From a virus: a DNA stretch of 64,000 nucleotides. This document shows positions 16,872-26,336 of this stretch, one piece after another. The notes beneath the pieces were generated by a model, which was not told the origin of the DNA, did no database searches, and saw only the letters and a list, made by a program, of their open reading frames with translations. Within the stretch, counting starts at the first letter, position 1; each line of letters opens with the position of its first letter. The position numbers were made by a program, and so were the translations under genes. Location: positions 1 to 64,000 of IMG/VR virus record IMGVR_UViG_3300044730_002015. One strand, 5' to 3'.

Positions 16872-19800
16872 TTATCTCATCTCCGGTACAACTTCTAATT
16901 CCACACCTACTAGATCCGGTCTGTTGCGCCCCATCCATCCGGCGGCGAATCTATTGGCGTCGGTCTGGCTGTTGCCTATGCCACCAAATGTATGCACCAC
17001 TTCATTGGTGTTGGCATTGCGTATCTGCCACTGACCAGTGAACTCGCCTTGTGATCGTTGTGCTGCATACTGGGCGATCAATCGGTCTGCTTGTTGATTT
17101 ACATTAGGCTGGGCCTGCACGGGTTGGGCTTCGATGCTAATGACCACTCGGCCCTGTGCCGTCAATGCTGAACGCACCGAGTCCATGGCAGCATCGGCAT
17201 TGGGGGCATCAACACTGAGGCTGTCTCGTCCATAGCCATCGCTGCGTCGCTCGGTCCACTGTACTCGATATCTTTGTTGACCATTGGTACCTTGCAAACG
17301 CTGTTGCAATTGTTCGCTGTCTTTCTTGTCGTCTTTGTGCTGTTGCTGATATTGTTTTACCTCTGCGGCTGAGGCCGGTTCGGCTAGGAAACTGTCGGGA
17401 TCATTGCGGCGGAGTTCGAGCCAGTGTTTGTCTTGCCGTTCAGCTTCGGCCTTGGCCAGTGCAGTATTTTCAGCGGCCACCAGCAGGGTCCGGCCGCTGT
17501 CTGTGTCAGTGATGCGCCAGATGGTGGGACGATCCACGATCTTTTTTGCCACCTGTGCTCTACGGCTCAGCTCGGGTTCAGTTTCGGACTTTTCTCGCGT
17601 GAAGAAAGGGTAACCTTTGCCGCTGTGTCGCACCAAAGCAGTTTCGTTGGCCGATTCTAGACTCCAGTCCTTGATGGTGTCAATGACTTCACCAGTGTCG
17701 GTATTGACGACTTCATATTCTTTGGCATCAGCACGGCTGCGGGGCGGTGCTTCCTTGGCCAGGACTTGACGTGCCCATGACTTCTTGAGTTCTTCGGGTG
17801 TGATCATACCTGCGCTGTATCTAGCAAATAATTCTAGTGCATCTTTAGCACCTTCTGTTTCAACATCGGCTTTGATTTTGGTACCTTTGTCGGACCGGGA
17901 GTACTGGGTTTCACGGTATCCGCTCAAAAGTTTGTACAGTTTCTTGCCATACTCTTGGCGCTCTAGTTCAGGTCTGCTGGCTATGTACATGGCTCTAGCA
18001 AAACGCAGCATGGTATCTTCCAGTGCGCCAATCTCTTCGTCGCCTTTGGCCAGATAATCGCCGCCCGGTGAGCGGAACTCGATGTAGCCATCTTTGATGT
18101 GTGCTGAAGTGTATTTGTCGCGACCCACTCCATCTCGCACCATGTCAGCGGCTAACTCAATGAGATTCTTTTTCATGAGATCCATGGCTGCTGCTGTTTT
18201 TTCTGCGCCGGTCATGGACTGTGCATCCTGCTCACGAACTTGCTGTCTACGGCTGCGCTGCACATCCTGCAGTTTGCTCAGGGCCGAACGTGCGTAACTG
18301 TTGGCACTACGTCCAAAACGTTCCAGCACATACTGATCACCCAGGAACATTATGAGTTTGACATAGTCCACTGCACCACCCTTGAAAGGCACGCTGATGC
18401 CCATGTGTAAACCAGTTGATGAGTTGGTGTAGGCATCGCCGTCGCTGTTGGCCCAGTCTATAACAGTCTGCAGAGATTCCAGCGCCTGCTTGAGTGGCAT
18501 GGGCGGTGATACCACTTCCAGTCCTGTTTCGTCGCTGGGATCGTCGGGATCTAGGCTGCCATCGGGCTCGATGATCCAAAGACCCGGCTTTCTTGACACA
18601 CTGTGATAACCAGTGCTGCCACGCACTTGAGCATCACCGCCCAAGGCTTGGCGTAAACTGTCAGCGATGTCATCCACAGTGCGATCGCCACCGCTGCTTT
18701 CACCGCCACGCCAGTAGGGCCAGTCTAAACCAAACTCACTGCCAACGTCACTCATGTATCGATATTCTTGTTCCAACCAGTCACTTTCGTCGTAGTCGCT
18801 GGATTCGCCGACCGTGTCAAAATAATCATCTCTGGCTTGATCATAACGATCATCTTCGGTATCCACACTGGTTTCCACATCTGCCCGATACAGTTCTCTG
18901 GCCAGCGCTTCAATCTTTTCTCTCTGTTCCTCGGACTCTTCACTGGTGTCTATGCCCAGTTCTTCCGCAGCACGCTCTCTATAGTTGTCCTGCTCGTCGG
19001 GCCACACATTCTCATCATAGTAGTCGCGCACGATCTGATCTGCATTTTGGTTCCAGCCTTCGGCTATCTGTTCGCTACGCCATTCGTAGAAAGATTCCTG
19101 CATTTCTTGCCGCAATCTATTGGCAGACGATCTGCCAACACCGTTGTCGCCACCTTGGAAAAAATCCACTACCTCATCGATGCTGTAGGCACGCTCGTCC
19201 ATGTCATAGTCAGCTTCGTAGTCTTCTTCGTTGTCACCATCGCCGGCATCACGGAATATGAGCTCGGCTTCAAAGCCGGCCTGTATGCCCTCGGCTTCGT
19301 CGGAGTCGGCCCACTTTTTCAGTTCGCCTGGACTCATTTTTACTTCAAACAAATCTTCGCTGTTTTGTGATTCTGTGATGCCACGTGCCCAATCGTCGGG
19401 TGTGACGCCATATTTGGCCACCCACTGATCATGCAACTTTTGAGGTGTGATATCATATCGTCGAGATATGGTTTGCATGATCTTGTCTATGTTGTCATAG
19501 TTGGGATTTTCCAACTGTTTGACACCTTTGGCCAGATCATCCAGATACTTTTCACGCTGATAACTTTCTGCTATGTCTGTGAATATTTTGTCGTGCTGTC
19601 GGCCGTAATCAACCATGACACGTCCGGCCACGGTGTTGGCATCGGCTTCCACTCTAGCCAACTCTTGGCTGTTCATGTCGTGATGTGCCACTCCATCGAT
19701 AAACTGTTTCACGTGCTGCAGTTCATGTGTGTAGGTACGCAATACATCTGCAAGATATCTGTCGCCAACGTACACATATACTTCACTGTCATCGGCTGTG

Positions 19801-21059
19801 TTCTTCCACTGCGTGACACCAAACGTGTTGTGATCCCGGGCCCAGGATCTATCGCTGGTAAAGGTGACTGGTGGTACTTGATCGGGTTTCAGCGCCAGTG
19901 ATCTCAAGATATCGGGTATGGCACGATTGATCTCCGAACTCAAACGGCTGTCCACTCCACGGAATGTGACACGGCCTTCGGTCAATTTACCGTTGGTCCT
20001 GGCTCGGGGAGGTACACCAGCACGAGAGATTTTGAATCCCAACTGTCGAGCTGCCTTCTTTAAACTATCGGGCCGGATGTCTACTGTGAGTGCGTTGCTG
20101 AATCTGGGATCATTTCGTTCTGCTTGGGAAGGAATATAACCCGAAGCTGCTTCCTTCAAAGGCTCGTCTGCAAATCCCCAGCGAAACTCAGTCATGATTT
20201 CCATGCCTGTCACACGCTTGACCAAATCCCAGATTTCTCTCTGCTGGCCTTGCTTGATCAGTTGACCCAGCAACTTTTTCTGCTCGGCAGTGGCTTTTCG
20301 ATAAAATTCGTTCAGTTCCATGATGCCGATGTTGCCAGCATACGCAGCTTCTTCTATGCTGAGTTCATCACTCTTGGCCTGATCACGGGCCTGGATCAAT
20401 TGTCGGATCAGTCCACGATTGCGCAGTAGTTTGAACACTAGATTTTCTGCAGAAAATTCCCCGGCACGGTCCAGACCGGCTTTTCTCATGCGTTTGATTT
20501 TGTCCAGCAGCAGAGACAATTGCTCATATTGGGAATTTTCCACAGCCTGCTCTATGGCATGACCTAACTTTTTATATTTTGCCTGCACTGTGTTGTCGTC
20601 TATGGGCACTCGCTGCCTGCGCGGCATTTTCTGCCATTGGTCACGTGTGAGAGAATAAACACCAGCACTGTGATGCTGATCGGCTGCGCCTTGCACATAC
20701 AATTCCACGTCTGAATCTTTTATTTTTATATTATAGCGATCGTTGTACAGGCTTTTTTTGGCGTCAAACAATTCGCGATACACTTCATCGTTGTCCAATC
20801 GCTTCATGTCAATGATCAGGTGCAGATCAATGTCGGAATAGGGTGTGTAGGTATAACCTGCGTTGCTGCCACTGACAGTGATGTCATCTATCTGTGCGGA
20901 ATTCAATCCAAGATATTCTCTAAAATCGTCGGCTATGCGCAGCAAGGCCTGGCGTACCTCGGGTTTTATTTGATCCCCGTCAAACAATTGGGGATTGAGA
21001 TCTTGATGCAACTGCACAGCATCCTTGAGATTGTACTGTTCTAATTCCGTGATATCCAT
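16872..21059 (-). CDS. 1395-aa polyvalent protein: Pol-beta-type nucleotidyltransferase + zincin metallopeptidase + putative amidoligase
   Basis: SGSNAGY...SDIDLH (NTase); HELQH...EADAN (zincin); GFEAEL, IEPDGSL, GLEVVSPP, NSSTGLHMGIS, YIEFRSPGG (amidoligase). Confidence 0.8.
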   Translation of the reverse strand: MDITELEQYNLKDAVQLHQDLNPQLFDGDQIKPEVRQALLRIADDFREYLGLNSAQIDDITVSGSNAGYTYTPYSDIDLHLIIDMKRLDNDEVYRELFDAKKSLYNDRYNIKIKDSDVELYVQGAADQHHSAGVYSLTRDQWQKMPRRQRVPIDDNTVQAKYKKLGHAIEQAVENSQYEQLSLLLDKIKRMRKAGLDRAGEFSAENLVFKLLRNRGLIRQLIQARDQAKSDELSIEEAAYAGNIGIMELNEFYRKATAEQKKLLGQLIKQGQQREIWDLVKRVTGMEIMTEFRWGFADEPLKEAASGYIPSQAERNDPRFSNALTVDIRPDSLKKAARQLGFKISRAGVPPRARTNGKLTEGRVTFRGVDSRLSSEINRAIPDILRSLALKPDQVPPVTFTSDRSWARDHNTFGVTQWKNTADDSEVYVYVGDRYLADVLRTYTHELQHVKQFIDGVAHHDMNSQELARVEADANTVAGRVMVDYGRQHDKIFTDIAESYQREKYLDDLAKGVKQLENPNYDNIDKIMQTISRRYDITPQKLHDQWVAKYGVTPDDWARGITESQNSEDLFEVKMSPGELKKWADSDEAEGIQAGFEAELIFRDAGDGDNEEDYEADYDMDERAYSIDEVVDFFQGGDNGVGRSSANRLRQEMQESFYEWRSEQIAEGWNQNADQIVRDYYDENVWPDEQDNYRERAAEELGIDTSEESEEQREKIEALARELYRADVETSVDTEDDRYDQARDDYFDTVGESSDYDESDWLEQEYRYMSDVGSEFGLDWPYWRGGESSGGDRTVDDIADSLRQALGGDAQVRGSTGYHSVSRKPGLWIIEPDGSLDPDDPSDETGLEVVSPPMPLKQALESLQTVIDWANSDGDAYTNSSTGLHMGISVPFKGGAVDYVKLIMFLGDQYVLERFGRSANSYARSALSKLQDVQRSRRQQVREQDAQSMTGAEKTAAAMDLMKKNLIELAADMVRDGVGRDKYTSAHIKDGYIEFRSPGGDYLAKGDEEIGALEDTMLRFARAMYIASRPELERQEYGKKLYKLLSGYRETQYSRSDKGTKIKADVETEGAKDALELFARYSAGMITPEELKKSWARQVLAKEAPPRSRADAKEYEVVNTDTGEVIDTIKDWSLESANETALVRHSGKGYPFFTREKSETEPELSRRAQVAKKIVDRPTIWRITDTDSGRTLLVAAENTALAKAEAERQDKHWLELRRNDPDSFLAEPASAAEVKQYQQQHKDDKKDSEQLQQRLQGTNGQQRYRVQWTERRSDGYGRDSLSVDAPNADAAMDSVRSALTAQGRVVISIEAQPVQAQPNVNQQADRLIAQYAAQRSQGEFTGQWQIRNANTNEVVHTFGGIGNSQTDANRFAAGWMGRNRPDLVGVELEVVPEMR

Positions 21060-21097
21060 GATTTAATATTTAGCAGTTTTTTGACTAGGCACGGGCC

Positions 21098-21129
21098 AAA
21101 AAAATAGCGCAGAATTATCTGCGCTATTT
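21098..21129 (-). terminator. rho-independent terminator
   Basis: 12-bp perfect stem aaatagcgcaga/tctgcgctattt, 4-nt loop, U-tract on the minus strand downstream of the GT gene. Confidence 0.8.
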
Positions 21130-21154
21130 CCAACCCGGGGGGTTGCCAGCAATA

Positions 21155-22042
21155 TTAGGCAGCAGCGGCCTGTGGTTCCTGCGCTGGTGGAGGGGCTGTC
21201 TGCGGCTGTCCAGCACGTTTGTTCTGTTCCACGATGGCTGACATTTCTTGATAGATGCGATCTTGGCTCATGAAATCAAACACAAATGTTCCGGTATGGC
21301 GCAGTAACACACGCTTGTCTACCCACACTTCACCACCTAGATCACGCCAGTTTTCGCAGAAAGTCCAGTCCTCTGAATAGTAGCGATTTTCACGCACGGC
21401 TGTGTCAAAATATGTTTTCATGTATTGATTTAATTCTGCAGGCAGTCCAATGTCATTGTTGAATGGCTTCACAGCAGGATGGCTGTTCATCTTTTCAAAC
21501 ACGTGGCGCTTGACCAACAAAAATCCTGTGCCAGTTTTTGACACTTCCTGCAGGCCATCCGGTGCTTCTTTGGCTCCGGGGAATCCATTGACCACCCATT
21601 TTACCGGCAGTGTTTTCATGGGATACAGGCCACCTATGACATCTTTGTCGTGATTCAACATGGCCAGGATATGCCAGGGCTCAAAACCAATGTCGGCATC
21701 AATAAACATCAGGTGTGTGGAGTCGGGGGTGTTTAAAAATTTAGCTACCAGGGTGTTGCGAGCACGTGAGATCAATGACTCGTTGGTCATGGTTTCAATG
21801 GTCCAATCCAGGCCCAACTGGCGTGCGGTATTGGCCCATTTGATATAACTCATGAAGTTTTGTTCAAACAATTGACCACCATAGCAGGGCATACAAAAAT
21901 GGATTTTTTGTTTGCGGCAGTAGTCGATGTTGACCTGGATCTGTCCTTGATTCGACGGTGGTGCTGCTGGTGCGGGTGCTGCATTGGCAGCTTCTGTAAG
22001 TGCTGCGGCTAGGGCTGCTTTTTTGCTGGGTTTTTTTGCCAT
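21155..22042 (-). CDS. GT-A fold glycosyltransferase-like protein
   Basis: MPCYGG, ESLISRARN, MFIDADI (DxD), SEDWTFC; same family as 50999..51658. Confidence 0.75.
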   Translation of the reverse strand: MAKKPSKKAALAAALTEAANAAPAPAAPPSNQGQIQVNIDYCRKQKIHFCMPCYGGQLFEQNFMSYIKWANTARQLGLDWTIETMTNESLISRARNTLVAKFLNTPDSTHLMFIDADIGFEPWHILAMLNHDKDVIGGLYPMKTLPVKWVVNGFPGAKEAPDGLQEVSKTGTGFLLVKRHVFEKMNSHPAVKPFNNDIGLPAELNQYMKTYFDTAVRENRYYSEDWTFCENWRDLGGEVWVDKRVLLRHTGTFVFDFMSQDRIYQEMSAIVEQNKRAGQPQTAPPPAQEPQAAAA

Positions 22043-22101
22043 GTTGGTCCTCAAAGTAAAGTTGTGCTATTACTTAAGAACTCTACAGCAGTGGCGAAAA
22101 T

Positions 22102-22731
22102 TTATTCGGTGGCTTTGGCGCGGTCGATCACGGCCTGATGATAACCATCAGCCCAGTCTCGATATTCAGCAGAGTCTGGCTGATAAGGATTGATCATTAC
22201 CTGATTGTTTTGATAGCATTTGTATCCTCGGAGATAGCAACGGCTGTCCCTGGGACCTAGATCCAATTTGCTCATGGGCTTGCTGGCAATATTTTCAGCA
22301 AAATTGATCTGATCTTCTAGATCTTTGATATCCCAACCCGTGCGCTGTATGCTCTGCACCAGAGCTGTTTCTATATCGTACACACGGCTCTGCAGTAAAT
22401 CCACAGCATCAATGGCTTCTTCAATGGCTGCCATTACATCAGCGATGCGATCCTGTTGATTTTCCATGGTTTCTGGAGCTAAGGTACGCAGTTGCATTTC
22501 AAAATCATGCAGTTTGTACAAGGCGTCCTTGCTGATTTTTTTCACTGAAGGCAGCAGCCGTTCCATGTATTTCTGTGCCTGTGATAAAGATTCTGCTGTC
22601 TCTGTCTCCACGGCCTCTTGGGTAACAATCTGCTCTAATAATCCAACGAATCGGTTTTTTTGTTCAGTGGTGGCAGAGCCGAGATTATCGCGTATCTGTT
22701 GCACTAGATCGTTGATTTTATTGGAGTCCAT
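22102..22731 (-). CDS. coiled-coil hypothetical protein
   Basis: helical heptads; C-terminal NPY...WADGY module; TAAATA 5 nt upstream of ATG 22731. Confidence 0.65.
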   Translation of the reverse strand: MDSNKINDLVQQIRDNLGSATTEQKNRFVGLLEQIVTQEAVETETAESLSQAQKYMERLLPSVKKISKDALYKLHDFEMQLRTLAPETMENQQDRIADVMAAIEEAIDAVDLLQSRVYDIETALVQSIQRTGWDIKDLEDQINFAENIASKPMSKLDLGPRDSRCYLRGYKCYQNNQVMINPYQPDSAEYRDWADGYHQAVIDRAKATE

Positions 22732-22735
22732 AGGA

Positions 22736-23380
22736 TTATTTATTGTTCGCGCCCATGGCTGCAGCCACGGTTTCAAAGTAATCACGTCCTGCTACTCGGA
22801 GATTGGGATCCACTCCAGTGGCACGGAAAAATCCTTCGCGATCGCCGGCAGCGACCATGGCACGCACATCGGTACTGCGCAGATTGGGATCACCCGCAAT
22901 GCCTTCGGCATCCTGTGCTTCAGGTGTGCCACCGTCGGTGAATGAATCAAAATTGTACACAGCACGCAAGGGTTGGCCTTTGCTGTTGACTTCACGGCCG
23001 TTTGTGGCCATGGGAAAACGCATGGCTTCTTCTCCGGCACCGTACATGACAACAGCATTTTTGTAGCCTTTTTTATTCAAATATTCGGCGGCAAAATCAC
23101 TCATGGGTATGGCAGGATCCATGACAAAATGATCACGATCCTGGGGCAATATTGCTCGCCACCAGGCCAATTTTTCAGAACCTGTCAAAGGATTTTTTTC
23201 AGGATCACTATCGCGAGGACTAATAAACAGATACCAGTCAGCATTCAATTCACCGGCCTTTCTTTTTAGGGCATTGATCAGTCGTTGGTGCCCGGCATTG
23301 GGAGGATTAAATCTACCAAATGCATAGACCACAGTGTCTTTGTTGCCACGTGTGTTTTCAAACAATTCAAATAATAACAT
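22736..23380 (-). CDS. cytidylyltransferase-like (HIGH superfamily) nucleotidyltransferase
   Basis: FGRFNPPNAGH, KNPL, RSTDVR motifs; CTS-like MLLFELFE start. Confidence 0.8.
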   Translation of the reverse strand: MLLFELFENTRGNKDTVVYAFGRFNPPNAGHQRLINALKRKAGELNADWYLFISPRDSDPEKNPLTGSEKLAWWRAILPQDRDHFVMDPAIPMSDFAAEYLNKKGYKNAVVMYGAGEEAMRFPMATNGREVNSKGQPLRAVYNFDSFTDGGTPEAQDAEGIAGDPNLRSTDVRAMVAAGDREGFFRATGVDPNLRVAGRDYFETVAAAMGANNK

Positions 23381-24546
23381 TATCTAGGTTGCCAATCGCT
23401 GCGTTTGATATATTTAACAAATTGTCCAGGAATGGCATATTGGTAACCACCAGGATCGGGCTGTGCAAATCCTTCGGGATTGTCCTGGCGTATGATGCTG
23501 TGTTGCTGTATGCCTGTGAGCCACTGATCCAGCACTGAATCTTTAATTTTCTGCAGTTGTTCCACAGCACCCAGCGTGGCTGTGAGTCCTGCCTGATCGT
23601 TCAGCATGATGTCGGCTTGTTTGGCACTGAGATTTTTTTCGGCCCAGGCAGGAAATGCCCGAGTTAAATCGGCGAATTTTGTTGCTCGCTGATCACCCAT
23701 GAACTTGTAAATCACTGAACCAGGACTTTTAAGGCCCGGCTTGGGTGACAGATAATCGTCCAACACCGTGCGATTTTTCAATATGCTCTGCTCTAGTGTG
23801 GCCAGTGCCCGATCCATTTCGGGATCTAGCACAGGCACAGTTTCCACATACAGCGGACCCTGTACCACCAGTGCTGGTGTATGATTCATGGCGTCAATCT
23901 GATCTGTGCTGAGTCGTTGTTCTTGGGTGCTGCCCAGTTCGGGGTAGTAGCCGGTGATGGCCACACCAGCAGTGGCATTTTCTATGCGCTCGCCTAGCCT
24001 GCTGTCTTGGCGCACATAGAATCTCGTGACATTGGGTTGGAATGTATATTCACCTCGGGCGGCAATGGCAGGCTTCTCGGGATAGAACAACAATCCACCT
24101 TCCACGAAACCACGGAAATCGTCGGGAGTGGCACGCTCAAATACCGAATACAACTGGCTCATGCCTTGTGCATATTGATTGCGTTGTGCTTGTTGTTCTG
24201 GGGTGTCCGCACGACCTGTGCCGGCAATAAACTTTTTTACTGCTGACGCACTGGACATTTTGGTACTGATGCCATCGGCGGTTTTATCTTTGCCACGCTG
24301 CTGATACATCCAGGCATTTTTGGGAAAGAAATAAAACTGTCCCTCATCGTCCCTGCCCCAGAAAAACACCGGAGATCCATCCCATTTCACTTCCACCTGC
24401 TGATATTCTGTGGGCAGTCTGCGCAGTCGTTCTATGGCATGCAAGGCACCTTGGCTGCCATTGGTATAAACAAGGTCTTCCAAGTGTTGATATTTGCGAC
24501 CTATGTCTGGCATGGCCGCTTCTACAAGGAACTGGCGGCTCAGCAT
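23380..24546 (-). CDS. DUF6267-like protein with a KxDG (ligase-type) motif
   Basis: HLEDLV...VEVKWDGSP, FVEGGLLF, FQPN, PEGF; CTS-like start MLSRQFLVE. Confidence 0.65.
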   Translation of the reverse strand: MLSRQFLVEAAMPDIGRKYQHLEDLVYTNGSQGALHAIERLRRLPTEYQQVEVKWDGSPVFFWGRDDEGQFYFFPKNAWMYQQRGKDKTADGISTKMSSASAVKKFIAGTGRADTPEQQAQRNQYAQGMSQLYSVFERATPDDFRGFVEGGLLFYPEKPAIAARGEYTFQPNVTRFYVRQDSRLGERIENATAGVAITGYYPELGSTQEQRLSTDQIDAMNHTPALVVQGPLYVETVPVLDPEMDRALATLEQSILKNRTVLDDYLSPKPGLKSPGSVIYKFMGDQRATKFADLTRAFPAWAEKNLSAKQADIMLNDQAGLTATLGAVEQLQKIKDSVLDQWLTGIQQHSIIRQDNPEGFAQPDPGGYQYAIPGQFVKYIKRSDWQPR

Positions 24547-24548
24547 GA

Positions 24549-26156
24549 TCAGTAACTTATGGTAATCTTGTTGATCACACCGCTGGAGAAATCTTTCACT
24601 CGACAGCGTAGCCAAGTAAAGTTGCCTAGTAGATTCAGCGCTGACACACCTGTATAAGCAGGTATGGGAATGTTGCCACCGGCGATTTCTCTGATTTCAA
24701 TGATGTCATTGGCCTGTGGCGTCCAGTCAAACACCAAGGTGTTGACATAGGTATTGGTGTTGCTGTTGCCAGAACTGGTCAAGATATAACTGCCCAGATT
24801 GGGAAATAATAAATTGGCCACACCACCTTGCCAGGCTGTGTTGCTGTTGGCCACTGCACCAAAATCCAAGGTCATGCGATTGGGATCACCGTTGCTGTCC
24901 ACAGTGATGTTGCGCACCACTGCACCTTGAGCGATGTAGATATTGCTGTTGTATGCGGAACTGTTGCCACCCGTGATGTTCACATTCACGTTGCTGTTCA
25001 GCGGAGGCAGTTGTTCAAAGTCAAGCCTGGGATCAACAAATCTAAATATCAAATTAGCGCCGGTCACAGGACTTTCATCCGCCAGCACAGCAAAACAATG
25101 CAGGGGCGAAGTGTTGGCGTTGCTGCCTGTGCGAGGCAAAGGAATTTGCAGTATGCCATTCACAGATACCAGTACACTTTCACTGGTATAAGTGGCTGAA
25201 TCATTGTTCAACACAAAGGTGTTGCTGAGTCCGTTGGCCACTATGGTCTGGCTGGAAAAGTTGCTGGTAGCGATGGGCTCGTAGAATTCTCTCACTGCCA
25301 CTGTGGCATTGGCCGGCAGTGCATCATTGAACACCAGGGTGCTGCCCACCGTGGTGTATGCTCCGCCTATGGCATTGGAACCTGGAACTTGTATGATACC
25401 GTTCACGCTGACCACCAGTTGATCAGCCGGATACTGTCCGTTGAGTACAAATGATTTTGTGGTTCCCACGCTGTTGCTGTACACGGGCCAGGTCAGTGTG
25501 CCTGAGCTGTTGGGACCTGCGTACCAGTTGCCGGGTGCTGTGGCATACTGTACCACCACATTGGCAGCATCGGGTATGCCCACGATTATGGGTGTGCCAT
25601 CAAAACTGTTGTTGTTGGCATCTGAAGCATTGACCAAAATCTCTGTGCCTATCTGCAGTGCAGAGATAGTGGGACCATAGGTAAATCTCACTTCCGTGCC
25701 TGATTGATAAAACACGTTGCTGATGTTGCTGCCTGCTACTGCGGCATTGGTATAGCCGGAATTGAATATCTGCGACTCTACCATGAGCGCAGGCACATTA
25801 GCAGTTTTTTGTAAAAAGGTGTTCTGTCCAAGACCCGTTACTTCTGCGATCTTGAACCAAGGATAGTTGGTGGCCAAAGGATCCAACAAACTGCTGTCAG
25901 GGTCGGACTCCAAGGTGCCTTCAAATATGAGATTGCCCACAAAATTGGTACAGTAGTAGGCCACTGTTTGTAAGCCGCCCGGGCTACGATAATAACTGGC
26001 TGCTTTCACAGGATCGCCGGCCCAGTTGTTGGCAGTGTTGGCGTTGTAGTTGGGATAACCTGGATTGTAACTGGGGTTGTTGTTAGCGGCCGCAGTGGCA
26101 TTCCAATAGTTACCGTAACTAACCGTTGGGATTAGTATCTGCCCCGATGTGCGCAT
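24549..26156 (-). CDS. virion structural protein (N/T/V-rich, repeated VSVNGIxQ modules)
   Basis: composition and two VSVNGI.Q.P repeats typical of phage baseplate/tail proteins. Confidence 0.65.
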   Translation of the reverse strand: MRTSGQILIPTVSYGNYWNATAAANNNPSYNPGYPNYNANTANNWAGDPVKAASYYRSPGGLQTVAYYCTNFVGNLIFEGTLESDPDSSLLDPLATNYPWFKIAEVTGLGQNTFLQKTANVPALMVESQIFNSGYTNAAVAGSNISNVFYQSGTEVRFTYGPTISALQIGTEILVNASDANNNSFDGTPIIVGIPDAANVVVQYATAPGNWYAGPNSSGTLTWPVYSNSVGTTKSFVLNGQYPADQLVVSVNGIIQVPGSNAIGGAYTTVGSTLVFNDALPANATVAVREFYEPIATSNFSSQTIVANGLSNTFVLNNDSATYTSESVLVSVNGILQIPLPRTGSNANTSPLHCFAVLADESPVTGANLIFRFVDPRLDFEQLPPLNSNVNVNITGGNSSAYNSNIYIAQGAVVRNITVDSNGDPNRMTLDFGAVANSNTAWQGGVANLLFPNLGSYILTSSGNSNTNTYVNTLVFDWTPQANDIIEIREIAGGNIPIPAYTGVSALNLLGNFTWLRCRVKDFSSGVINKITISY

Positions 26157-26160
26157 GGTG

Positions 26161-26328
26161 TTACTCCTTGATTACTTCTACGATCACACCGCTGCCCACA
26201 AGCTCTTGCGCCACTGCTTCCAGGCTTGACGTTACATCAGCGCCGGCTATGGCATCAGATTCTGAGGCATCGTCCCTGGTCAGTTTGGACAGCTTGATTA
26301 CAATGATTTCTTCGTATATTTTAGCCAT
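26161..26328 (-). CDS. 55-aa hypothetical protein (MAKIYEEIIVIKLSKL...VIVEVIKE)
   Basis: fills the gap; TAAATA 5 nt upstream; its end supplies the AAGGAG RBS of the next gene. Confidence 0.7.
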   Translation of the reverse strand: MAKIYEEIIVIKLSKLTRDDASESDAIAGADVTSSLEAVAQELVGSGVIVEVIKE

Positions 26329-26336
26329 ACTACTAT

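Noticed and set aside
18593-19901. Several 150-220-aa plus-strand ORFs
   Set aside because: Antisense to the polyvalent protein; explained by codon bias of the real gene
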